This document shows positions 30,891 through 39,222 of a DNA stretch of 39,930 nt, in pieces. The stretch is from Vulcanimicrobiota bacterium. Its GTDB lineage: Bacteria; Vulcanimicrobiota; Vulcanimicrobiia; Vulcanimicrobiales; Vulcanimicrobiaceae. The stretch's first letter is position 1, and every line of letters begins with the position of its first letter. The notes under the pieces are model-generated. The model saw nothing but the letters and a program-made list of their open reading frames with translations. It was not told the DNA's origin and searched no databases. Made by a program: the position numbers and the translations under genes. The stretch covers positions 1 through 39,930 of the forward strand of contig PLCF01000030.1 in NCBI GenBank assembly GCA_003135555.1, read 5' to 3'.

Positions 30891-31560
30891 TCAAACGAGC
30901 GAGGTTTCGAGCTGCGAGCGCTCCTCCGTCGAGAGTCGATCCATCAGGGCGTGCATGAGTTGGACGCGAGAGTTCACTCCCAGCTTCCCAAAGATCGCCC
31001 GTAAATGGGTGGCCACGGTGTGTGAAGAGAGCGTGAGCACGTTCGCCGCGGAGCGGTTCGTATGGCCCTGGAAGATGAGCCGCGCGACGCGCTGCTCCGT
31101 CGCAGTCAAGGAGTCCCACCCGGTCAGCGGTCTTGGTTTCCGCGATGCCCAACGCACCCGGCGCACGCCCGTGCCTTGAAGCGCGCTAGATGCGTTCCGC
31201 GTCGCTGGTCGCGCCGAGGGCATTGAAGCGATCCCAAGCGCGGTCCAGCGCCACGACGCCCGCGTCGCGCCGGCCGTCAGCGAGGAGTGCCAGGCCGTAG
31301 TCGCCCTCCGCATCGGCGAACAGAAACCGGCGCGGGCTGCGCTCGAGTAGCGCGGTTGCGTGACGCAGCGCCTCGACGTCGCGCCGCATGAGCCCGCGTA
31401 TCTGTTCCGCGATACCGACGATCGTTGCGACGTCCGGATTGCGCTCCGCTAAGCCCAGCGCCAGCGACTCGATCTCCGCTGCGAGGCCTGCATCGCCGCC
31501 GCGCAGCGCGGATCGCGCGGCGACGACCAGCCAGCCCGGCAGATTCCGCTACCGGTGCCG
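30891..31560 (-). pseudogene. Frameshifted, 5'-truncated large LuxR (MalT/LAL-like) regulator
   Basis: Helical region ..ALDRAWDRFNALGATSDAERI* shifts frame near 31186 into GWDSLTATEQRVARL..HLRAIFGKLGVNSRVQL. Confidence 0.8.
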
Positions 31561-31579
31561 GACCCCACGCCGCGGATGC

Positions 31580-31830
31580 ATGACCCACAACGCCGATCAG
31601 GTCTTCTACTACGACGAACGCTTCATGCTGCGCCGCATGGATTACTCGCCTTTCGTTACGGGCAGTCCGCTGATCGCCCACTACACGTACGACGCAAGGA
31701 TCTTTGATCGCTTCGTTTTCCCCACCCGACGGATGATTTACCGCCGCGACGCCAATGGCATCGCCAACCAAAAGCTTCGCGCCGATTACCATGAACGTCC
31801 ACTCGATCACAATCGAGCGCGAGTAGTGAC
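31580..31830 (+). pseudogene. Probable C-terminal fragment of a hypothetical gene
   Basis: THNADQVFYYDERFMLRRMDY..AHYTYD..FDRFVFPTRR is protein-like; upstream is antisense LuxR sequence. Confidence 0.45.
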
Positions 31831-31883
31831 CCCGCCTGACCCCAAAGAAAGGCGTCATGATCCGGAAAGTCAAGGTTGCGCGG

Positions 31884-32279
31884 TTAGCGCTCGCGGGCAC
31901 CGTTCTGAACCGAGAGCTCCCAGCGATACCCGTCCGGATCGTGAAACCACAGGCCCATATGCGGCGAGCCCGGCGATGTAGGGCCGATCTCGTTGCCGGG
32001 ATCTTCCAGTTCTACGCCGTTTTTCTTCAACATGTCAAGCGCTTCGCGCAGCGCGCGCATGCTCTCGAGGTAAAACGACATGTGGTCGATCGTGTCCGGA
32101 TGTGGTGTGCCTTTGAAAAACCCGATGATCATCGCGTCGTTCGTCAGCGCGATGGCCTCATCGGATCGGAACATTTCCTGCTGATCGAAATTCTCGATCC
32201 CAAACTGCGCGCTCTTCTCCGGGTCTCCGACGGCAAGGCTGAAATGCCAGACCGCGCCAAGTTGTACTTTCACGTCCAT
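31884..32279 (-). CDS. VOC/glyoxalase family protein
   Basis: HFSLAVGDPEKSAQF..DHMSF..WFHDPDGYRWEL; GAGG RBS. Confidence 0.9.
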   Translation of the reverse strand: MDVKVQLGAVWHFSLAVGDPEKSAQFGIENFDQQEMFRSDEAIALTNDAMIIGFFKGTPHPDTIDHMSFYLESMRALREALDMLKKNGVELEDPGNEIGPTSPGSPHMGLWFHDPDGYRWELSVQNGARER

Positions 32280-32701
32280 ACCTCTTCGTAACGCATCAAG
32301 TCGCGGCTTGTACGCGCGGATGATGCGAGCTTTCTGCGCATTCGTCAGGCCCCCGTCATTCCACCATCGAGCAGCCCTAGAGCCTTATGGTTCCGCAAGC
32401 TTGTCTTGCTCGGCGACTTACGAGGCGACAAACGAGCGACACTCATTGCCTGCAGCTCGCGGTCGCGCGCACGTCCCGCTTACGCGAGGCGCTCTACGCG
32501 CCGTACGAACGCAGCCCAACCAAGTGACGTCACCCACCGATTATAGCGCGCGCTGCTCCCGGTATCAGGTATTCGTGGCACCGCCAATGGCACAAAGTCA
32601 CCCAAACCGGCACCAAATTGACCCTCCTACCTGACCACGGAGACCCAAGCCGGCCAAGGTGAAATGACCTCCCGCCAACCAACGGTGGTCGTTCGCGCCT
32701 C

Positions 32702-32747
32702 ACTGTTAATCAGCGCGTCGTTGGTTCGAGTCCAACTCCGGGAGCCA
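32702..32747 (+). mobile_element. att-like tRNA-Asn 3' fragment, copy 2
   Basis: actgttaatcagcgcgtcgttggttcgagtccaactccgggagcca; begins at the anticodon loop, ends in CCA. Confidence 0.9.
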
Positions 32748-32752
32748 CTTCA

Positions 32753-32780
32753 AACCGCGCTACGGCGCGGTTGTTCGTTC
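32753..32780 (+). terminator. Hairpin after tRNA fragment copy 2
   Basis: AACCGCGC-tacg-GCGCGGTT-gttcgttc. Confidence 0.7.
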
Positions 32781-33020
32781 ATTATACGGACTTGGCCGGC
32801 TTGGAAAAGGCCGCAGCCGTCGTGCTGCAGCGCAACGACTATCAGAGCCTCGAAGCATCGCTCAAGGACAAGCACCGGGATTCCCTCCGACGACGGTGCG
32901 GAACTCGGCGGGATACGACCCGCTGTGCATAATCTCGCGCATCGCACACGTCCCCGCCAGGCTACCGGCGCTACGTTCCTCAAGAGGGCCGCACGCTCGT
33001 GCGTCCGCGCGGCAAATTCA

Positions 33021-34073
33021 TCAGAGTCCGTTGTGAAGGAAGGGGATGTTGTAGACCGCCTTCACCGTCTCGAAACCCTCTGAGTAAATGGTGGCGGCCT
33101 TGAGCGCGCCCTCCAGCGCCTCTTTGGTCGTATCGAGGAGACCGCCAAGCGATCCCGAGACGTGCGCCGACATGTGAGACTTGCTTCCGCGAACGAGGGC
33201 GGGCCAGTGGGTTCTCACTTGGTCATACACTGTCTGTTCGCTGTAGTTGCTATCGCGGTCGGATTGGCCGCCAGTGAGGTGGCCCTTGATTTTGCCGCCG
33301 TGTTGGAGCGTGAAAACCGTTCCATCGCTTGCGTAGATCGCCCACGAGATGGAATATACATAGTCCTGCGCACCCGAATCGTGAAAGTGAGACGTGAACT
33401 CCACCGTGCCGTCGCTATGCAATCTAACATGCGAATTTGCATTTGCGGCGATGCCGCTAGCGAACGTGATCGCAAGTTCGTCGTACCTGAGGAGGTCCGT
33501 CAAACTTCCCGGAGCGGGCGCGTGATAGGGAAGGTTGAAAACGAATCCCTGCGCGATGTGCGTCTTACCGGCCGGACACCGGCCCTTGGTGGGCCCACCG
33601 TCGTAGAATAAGGCGAAGCATTGTTGGCAGAAGCGCCACTGTGTTTGCGAAGACGGCGGCGCAGATGCGGCGTAGTTGAGTCCGAAGTCGAAGCCCTGCG
33701 CGGAATGCGGACCTCCGCTCGGGCAGTGGCCTCGGGTCGAACCGTTGTAGAACATCGCGAAGCACTTCGAGCAGAAATGCCAGCCGTATTGGACATTCGG
33801 TGCGCTCGGTTCTGAATCATCATAGTGGGGAAAGAACGCGAAGCCTTGCGAGGTGTGCCCGCCACCGTCTGCCGGACATTTGCCCTTCACGCCGCTGCCG
33901 TCGAAAAACAACTCGAAGCATTTGTCGCAAAAGCGCCACGATTCTTGATCGCCGACGGCAGCTGACGCCGTGCCGCGTAGACACGTACATGCAAGCAACG
34001 CGAGTCCCGAAGCCACGAGCGCTTGGCGACGCGACGGCCGACCGGCGAACGCGCCGTGAACGATGGTCTTCAT
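33021..34073 (-). CDS. Tat-exported protein with three Cys/His repeats, paralog B
   Basis: SRRQAL Tat motif; 3x W.FCxxC..F..G..G.CP....H..QGF; ATG 34073 with GGAAGGAG RBS. Confidence 0.85.
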   Translation of the reverse strand: MKTIVHGAFAGRPSRRQALVASGLALLACTCLRGTASAAVGDQESWRFCDKCFELFFDGSGVKGKCPADGGGHTSQGFAFFPHYDDSEPSAPNVQYGWHFCSKCFAMFYNGSTRGHCPSGGPHSAQGFDFGLNYAASAPPSSQTQWRFCQQCFALFYDGGPTKGRCPAGKTHIAQGFVFNLPYHAPAPGSLTDLLRYDELAITFASGIAANANSHVRLHSDGTVEFTSHFHDSGAQDYVYSISWAIYASDGTVFTLQHGGKIKGHLTGGQSDRDSNYSEQTVYDQVRTHWPALVRGSKSHMSAHVSGSLGGLLDTTKEALEGALKAATIYSEGFETVKAVYNIPFLHNGL

Positions 34074-34125
34074 TGCAGTGGAGTCTCCTTCCAATCAACT
34101 ACTACCGAACGTCCGTCCGCGCAGC

Positions 34126-35190
34126 CTATGGCTTTACCATGTTGTCGAAGAGCCCAGTCGTGTCTTTGGACACTCCCTGATACGCCGAATCGAACGCAGT
34201 TGCGGCAGCCACTACGGCATCCGCGGCTTCTTTGACGGTGTCTTGGAGCAGGCCGAACTTCAGGGCAACGTGTGCCGACATACGAGCGAGATTCGTTTTC
34301 GCAAGGGCGGGCCAACGGCTCGCGACGAGCGGGCTCGTCGTGTCACCGTTGAAGTTGTCCTTACGATCGGCTTGTCCGCCGGTGAAGTGTCCGTTGACCT
34401 TGCCGCCGTGCCGGAGCGTGAAAATCGTCCCGTCGCTTGCGAAAATCGCCCACGCGATCGAGTAATAGTAGTCCACTGCACCCGAATCGTTAAAGTGCGT
34501 CGTGAACTCCACGCGACCGTCACGATGGAGTTTGACGTGCGAATTTCCGTTTGCAGCAATACCGCCCTTGAACGTGATCGAGTTGTCGTCGAACGCGAGA
34601 AACTCGGGCAACTTCGATGGGTCGACGGCGGCTTCGAGATGATAGGGAAGATTAAAAATGAATCCTTGCGCGATGTGGCCGCCGCGAACCGGGCACCGGC
34701 CCTTGGACGATCCGCCGTTATAAAACAGCGCGAAGCATTGTTGGCAGAAACGCCACTCCGTTTGCGAAGACGGCGGTACGGATGCCGCGTGATTGAGTCC
34801 AAAGTTGAAGCCCTGCGCTACATGAGAGCCTCCGCTCGGGCACCGGCCTCGGGTCGAACCGTTGTAAAACATAGCGAAGCACCTGGAGCAGAAACGCCAA
34901 TCGTATTGGATATTAGACTGCCCGGGCGCCCCGTCGTCATAGTGCGGCGTGAACAAGAAGCCTTGCGCGACATGCGCGCCGCCGTCCGCCGGACACTTTC
35001 CCTTGTTGCCGCTGCCGTTGTAAAACATCGAGAAGCATTTTTCGCAAAAACGCCACGATTCTTGATCGCCGACGGCGGCCGACGCTGTACCGCCCAGGCT
35101 CGAACATGCGAGCACCGTGAGCCCCGAGGCCACGAGCGCCTGGCGACGCGAGAGCCGACCCGTGAGAGCGTCGCGAGCGATCGTATCCAT
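34126..35190 (-). CDS. Tat-exported protein with three Cys/His repeats, paralog A
   Basis: Same architecture and near-colinear sequence as the neighbour; AGGAG RBS. Confidence 0.85.
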   Translation of the reverse strand: MDTIARDALTGRLSRRQALVASGLTVLACSSLGGTASAAVGDQESWRFCEKCFSMFYNGSGNKGKCPADGGAHVAQGFLFTPHYDDGAPGQSNIQYDWRFCSRCFAMFYNGSTRGRCPSGGSHVAQGFNFGLNHAASVPPSSQTEWRFCQQCFALFYNGGSSKGRCPVRGGHIAQGFIFNLPYHLEAAVDPSKLPEFLAFDDNSITFKGGIAANGNSHVKLHRDGRVEFTTHFNDSGAVDYYYSIAWAIFASDGTIFTLRHGGKVNGHFTGGQADRKDNFNGDTTSPLVASRWPALAKTNLARMSAHVALKFGLLQDTVKEAADAVVAAATAFDSAYQGVSKDTTGLFDNMVKP

Positions 35191-35380
35191 TGCAGTTGAG
35201 CTCCTGGAAATTGAAGTTTACAAAAAGTGTTAAAGCCGTAAGCTCGATTGCGCCATCGTCAACCGAAGGCGGCCAATTTGGAGACGTTGCCAGAGGCGTG
35301 GGCGATATTGGCTTGGGCGTGCTTGTGTCGACAATGACGTTCCCCAATCCTTGGGGTGCTGTGAGGCGGGGTCCTTTAAG

Positions 35381-35626
35381 ATGCCGAACCGCAAGGCCCG
35401 CCCAGTAACGGTTTCCGGGCCGCAAAAGGGCCGCTCAAAATCAAAACGCGGGATTCCCCTCGACGAGCTACTCGCCGCACACGCCGCCGGCCGTCCCGCC
35501 GTCGCGACGAAAACGACCCCTGTCCGGGTGCCGGCAACGGCCAAAGCGCCGAAACGAAGCCAAAGAAAGCCCCAGGACGGCGTTTACCGCGCCGGGATGA
35601 TGAGGCCGATTGACGCGAAAGACTAG
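35381..35626 (+). CDS. Small basic hypothetical protein
   Basis: 81-aa Lys/Arg-rich ORF with GAGG upstream, ending just before the att-arm-like repeats. Confidence 0.35.
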   Translation: MPNRKARPVTVSGPQKGRSKSKRGIPLDELLAAHAAGRPAVATKTTPVRVPATAKAPKRSQRKPQDGVYRAGMMRPIDAKD

Positions 35627-35730
35627 GGGGATTCTTTGGGGGGATACAGGAGCGCCCGGTGGCGACGTAGGCGACACAAGCGACACGGTTTTCCCTCGTA
35701 AACGGCAATCCGTGCGAGCCTGCCCGCTTC

Positions 35731-35775
35731 CTGTTAATCAGCGCGTCGTTGGTTCGAGTCTAACTCCGGGAGCCA
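35731..35775 (+). mobile_element. att-like tRNA-Asn 3' fragment, copy 3
   Basis: ctgttaatcagcgcgtcgttggttcgagtctaactccgggagcca; one substitution versus copy 2. Confidence 0.9.
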
Positions 35776-35878
35776 TGAAAAGGCCCCCCTGCGCGAGGTT
35801 GGGTGAGCGCAAGCCGTCGCGGTAGCGCCGGCGGCGCTCGACCACAGTGCAGTCAGAATCGGTATTAGCAGTGAAGGC

Positions 35879-36613
35879 GTGAGGGTGCCTGAGGCTGTGG
35901 ATCCGTCCTCCCTCCCCTTCATCGACTGGGAGCGCATCGAGTCTTTCGTCGGCTTTGGTCAGCCTGATGCCCTGGTCGTCTTCATCGGTCTAGAAGAAGG
36001 CCTCAAATGCGAGGATGCACTTCTTGAGGACTTGACGGTTCGCTCGACCTACAGCGAACCCGTAATGGACCTCATGAAAGCCCATGAGGGCATTGCTGGC
36101 ACCGAGGACTACTTCAATCCCGAGCGCGCGCCTCGACAGCCGACATGGCGAGTCATGGCCGACCTCATGGAACGCCGAGGCGGCAATCCTGCGCCAACGG
36201 GACAGGACCGTAAGCGATACAGGACGCTTGACCTCGGACGATCGCACGGCGAGACGTTGCTAACGGAGCTCCTTCCGTATCCGCATCCGAAGACCAGGCA
36301 CTGGCTCTACGCTCGTTTCGGTAGTTACCTCACTCGCGCGGAATACGAGACGGCGCGTCTTCCCGTACGCACAAGGATGCTTCGCAACGTGCTATCCGAA
36401 GCGGATCGTGATCTCATCGTGTGCTATGGCAAGAATGGTTGGCCAGACTTCAAAGCACTCTTTGATGATGTCGATTGGCGGCCCGATGGAATTCATTGCG
36501 TGGGTACGTGGCGCGGGACACGTGTGGTCCTCACGAACCATTTCAGCCGCTCCGACTTCAACACCGACGAGCAACTAGCTGACCTTGCGCGCGTCGCTTT
36601 GGTTCAGCGTTGA
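35879..36613 (+). CDS. Divergent uracil-DNA-glycosylase-superfamily-like protein 1
   Basis: GFGQPDALVVFIGLEEG (motif A position), TELLPYP, LIVCYGK, VVLTNHFS (HPS-like motif B); start may be 35879 or 35885. Confidence 0.6.
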   Translation: MRVPEAVDPSSLPFIDWERIESFVGFGQPDALVVFIGLEEGLKCEDALLEDLTVRSTYSEPVMDLMKAHEGIAGTEDYFNPERAPRQPTWRVMADLMERRGGNPAPTGQDRKRYRTLDLGRSHGETLLTELLPYPHPKTRHWLYARFGSYLTRAEYETARLPVRTRMLRNVLSEADRDLIVCYGKNGWPDFKALFDDVDWRPDGIHCVGTWRGTRVVLTNHFSRSDFNTDEQLADLARVALVQR

Positions 36614-37362
36614 CGTTGACTGGCGGCTCCGATCGCAATCGCTTCGAGGAGCTGAAGGCGCTTCTGGCTGGCCTTCCGGATTGCGCCACGGTCGCGCCGC
36701 TCGATTGCCGTTTGAGCGGATTCCCTTCATTCTTTCCTGGCGGCCCAGGATTTTGCGGTAGCGAATTTCCCGTTGGCGGTGTCATGTTCATCGGCAACAA
36801 CTTCGGCACGATTGAGCAGTATGATGCTTTGCCGTCAACCGTTCGCGAGTTTGAGCCCGAGGTCACAAAGCGCACCGAAAACAAGACGTGGTGGGATTTA
36901 TGGTACCTCGTTCTACCGGAGTCGGGTATCCCGATAGAGAGGTGCTTTTTCACGAACGCGTACCTTGGTGCGATCGTGACAGACCCCGAACGCGCGGCGA
37001 AGGGGAAGAAGACGAGGAACGTCGGGGCTCTCAGGGCCGAGCGAGCCTACAGGAGCGCTTGCATTTGCGCGCTCGCGGGGCAGGTTCGCATTGCTGAGCC
37101 GCATCTAATCGTGCTCATGGGCGGTCACGCGCCCAAGGCGTTTGCACAAGCATTTCCGCAGTTTGGACCTTTCGCGAAGGGCGGTGTAGCGGCAATGCAG
37201 CGACGGCAGCCTATCGGTGGGAACGCGCTGGCCTTAGCACCAGAGCTGCGCGCTCGCGTGCTTGTTCTCCAACATCCGTCGAACCCACGGAGCGATACGT
37301 CGAAACGCGAGCAGGGTCGGCTTCTGAAAGCGGCTTACGGCGCTGCAAGCGTACAAGCCTAA
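36610..37362 (+). CDS. Uracil-DNA-glycosylase-superfamily protein 2
   Basis: VMFIGNNFG, CFFTNA, PHLIVLMG, LQHPS; TTGA overlap with the upstream gene. Confidence 0.8.
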   Translation: MTLTGGSDRNRFEELKALLAGLPDCATVAPLDCRLSGFPSFFPGGPGFCGSEFPVGGVMFIGNNFGTIEQYDALPSTVREFEPEVTKRTENKTWWDLWYLVLPESGIPIERCFFTNAYLGAIVTDPERAAKGKKTRNVGALRAERAYRSACICALAGQVRIAEPHLIVLMGGHAPKAFAQAFPQFGPFAKGGVAAMQRRQPIGGNALALAPELRARVLVLQHPSNPRSDTSKREQGRLLKAAYGAASVQA

Positions 37363-37386
37363 GATAGCCCTCCCTTCACCGTCAAT

Positions 37387-37881
37387 CTAACGCCGCGGCG
37401 TAGCACCGAGCGGCCACACCTTCTTTGCGATTGACTTGAACTGGGATATCCCTAGCGAGTTGCGCTCGTTACGAGCCTTCGAACCTGGCGCTTCAAGCCT
37501 CACAAGAACGTCTTCACGTCGCGCCTGCCAAATCTCAATGGCCTCGTAAGTCGCACGATCTAACAATACAAGTAGAACCCATTCAAAGTCGGAGTCGCAC
37601 TTGATCGACGACATGCGACCTTTATATGGCTCACTTCGATCGACGGCTCGCCCTTTGATTTGATACCGTTGCGTTTGTCCGTCGCTCTCAAGAATCGCGT
37701 CGAAGTAGGCGGTACGGACTTCGGTTAGCGTTAATCCGAGCTTCTCTGCCGCCTCAAGTTCTGCTACCTCGCCAGTTACGCCCAGTGGCTTGCCCGTGAG
37801 CGTGTAGTAACGAACGGCAAGGGCCTTGGCCTCACGCAGCAGCGCCTTAAGAGCTTCGGACTCCGCCTCAAGACTCGGCAT
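37387..37881 (-). CDS. Small PD-(D/E)XK-like nuclease (DUF6998-like)
   Basis: GKPLGVTGEVAE..YFDA..RYQIKGR (E..D..QxK arrangement). Confidence 0.7.
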   Translation of the reverse strand: MPSLEAESEALKALLREAKALAVRYYTLTGKPLGVTGEVAELEAAEKLGLTLTEVRTAYFDAILESDGQTQRYQIKGRAVDRSEPYKGRMSSIKCDSDFEWVLLVLLDRATYEAIEIWQARREDVLVRLEAPGSKARNERNSLGISQFKSIAKKVWPLGATPRR

Positions 37882-38054
37882 GCGTCGCCGCTTCGGCCTG
37901 TTCCGGAACGGTCCCCGTCACACGCGCACCGAGACGTGCCGTTAGCGCGGCCTAGTGAATAATCCGGGTAGAGCTCCGGCTTTTGTAAGGGGCTACCGCC
38001 GTCGCGGTCCGGAGGCAACGTCCTCCGAGGGGTGGGTCAAATTTAGACCGGCGT

Positions 38055-38537
38055 TTAGACGAGTAGGCGGCGATCGTACGAGAAGTGATCGATCTTCCAC
38101 GTGATCGCTGCGAATTGCGGGTGTAACGGATTGATGAGCACGTTTTGCTCTGGCGCCACGACCGGGAGAATCGCGGAAGGAACGGCGAGGCCCACGGACC
38201 CTCCGCCGGCAATCCATGCATCGCCAATCGCAGGGAGAGCGGCGGGCGCTGGAATATGGCGCCAATCGGGCGGTAGTGTAGCGCCGGCGCCGGCTAGAGA
38301 AATGACGGCGTGGTCAGCGACTTCGGCGGTGACGACAACCAGCTCGGGTGGTGAAGCTACGTCAAAGTCCGATGGATCGATATGTGCAAGGAACTCGAGC
38401 ATCGCGAGCGTCGTCGTCGATGACGTGTAGGCCATGCGCGTTCTCGGACTGGACCAGCGCCCTCCAACCTGAAAGGACCCCTCTCCGTCGAGAGGGGTCC
38501 CTGCGTACTTGCGATACGCGATCCGGTAGATGTGCAA
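38055..38537 (-). CDS. RES-domain toxin
   Basis: YRIA..DGEGS..GGRWS..YTSS..AMLE..VPSA..EQNVLINP.HP. Confidence 0.95.
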   Translation of the reverse strand: MHIYRIAYRKYAGTPLDGEGSFQVGGRWSSPRTRMAYTSSTTTLAMLEFLAHIDPSDFDVASPPELVVVTAEVADHAVISLAGAGATLPPDWRHIPAPAALPAIGDAWIAGGGSVGLAVPSAILPVVAPEQNVLINPLHPQFAAITWKIDHFSYDRRLLV

Positions 38538-38548
38538 CGGCGAGCGGC

Positions 38549-38995
38549 CTAGCTGTATCCACCCAAGAGAGCGCGGGTGAGGACGGCTTCAACCTCACGC
38601 GCGCCGACGTCGGTCTGCAGAAGCGAGATCGGCTCGACGCCGCCCAACGCGGGGTTCGATTTCTGTAGCCATCGTCCGACTGCGGCCCACGACCCGAGGG
38701 CTTCGTTCCCGAGCGACGCTATCCGACCGAGCCGAATGGTCCGCTCCGACTCGACGAGGTCGAGACGCTGTCCTTTGCCGCCCTTTCGGCGCCGAATCGT
38801 GCTCCGGGCAATGCCGACTCCATCGAGGATCGCACGCTGCGTAGCTCCCAAGACAACGATGGCGTGGTCGAGGGCGGCAATCGGCAGGCCTTCGTGTATC
38901 AGCGTATCCAGATCTCGATCGGTGCGGATGGACCGCCGGCCAAGGGTCGCTTCGCCGCCCAGGATCGAAACAAGGTTTTCGAAATTGTGCGCCAT
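38549..38995 (-). CDS. Xre/MbcA/ParS-type antitoxin
   Basis: IHEGLP..STIRRRK..L...ESER..R..WLQKSNPALGG..PISLL.TDVG..V..VL.R...G.YS. Confidence 0.93.
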   Translation of the reverse strand: MAHNFENLVSILGGEATLGRRSIRTDRDLDTLIHEGLPIAALDHAIVVLGATQRAILDGVGIARSTIRRRKGGKGQRLDLVESERTIRLGRIASLGNEALGSWAAVGRWLQKSNPALGGVEPISLLQTDVGAREVEAVLTRALLGGYS

Positions 38996-39005
38996 CTGGA
39001 CACTC

Positions 39006-39034
39006 AGTATGCTCCATTTGAGCGCAAAGTTCAA
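39006..39034 (-). promoter_or_regulatory. Sigma70-type promoter of xre-RES (near-leaderless)
   Basis: TTGAAC-N17-CATACT, ending 10 nt before the ATG. Confidence 0.6.
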
Positions 39035-39193
39035 GTGTCCCACGTCGGTAGGGCCCTGATGCTTGCCTTGGTTATCGACGAAGACCCCGGCAAAGGGGCG
39101 GGGATCGTGGCCCATGCTTCGACGGGGCTCAGCATGACAATAATGGGCTCGGGGTTGTCCCGAGCTATGCCGGTCACAAGCTATGTCGGTCGC

Positions 39194-39222
39194 TTGTCGA
39201 TCGGCTCGGGCTGTGGTAAAGT
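39194..39222 (+). promoter_or_regulatory. Sigma70-type promoter for rpsK-rpsD
   Basis: TTGTCG-N17-TAAAGT with extended -10 TG. Confidence 0.65.

Noticed and set aside
32555..32747. Intron-containing or split tRNA, since GCTCCCGG at 32555 is complementary to the fragment's 3' end
   Set aside because: No D arm or 5' anticodon-stem strand follows it; an 8-bp match in GC-rich DNA is plausible by chance
32780..33020. Short protein-like remnants here and at 21727-21900 and 27032-27130
   Set aside because: Too short to assign, with no credible starts
35230..35626. Integrase or excisionase next to att copy 3
   Set aside because: No R-H-R-H-Y tyrosine recombinase motif or recognisable HTH in the translated frames
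37952..37970. GTGAATAATCCGGG, reminiscent of an IS1380-like terminal repeat
   Set aside because: Based on recall only; no second end, target duplication or transposase was found
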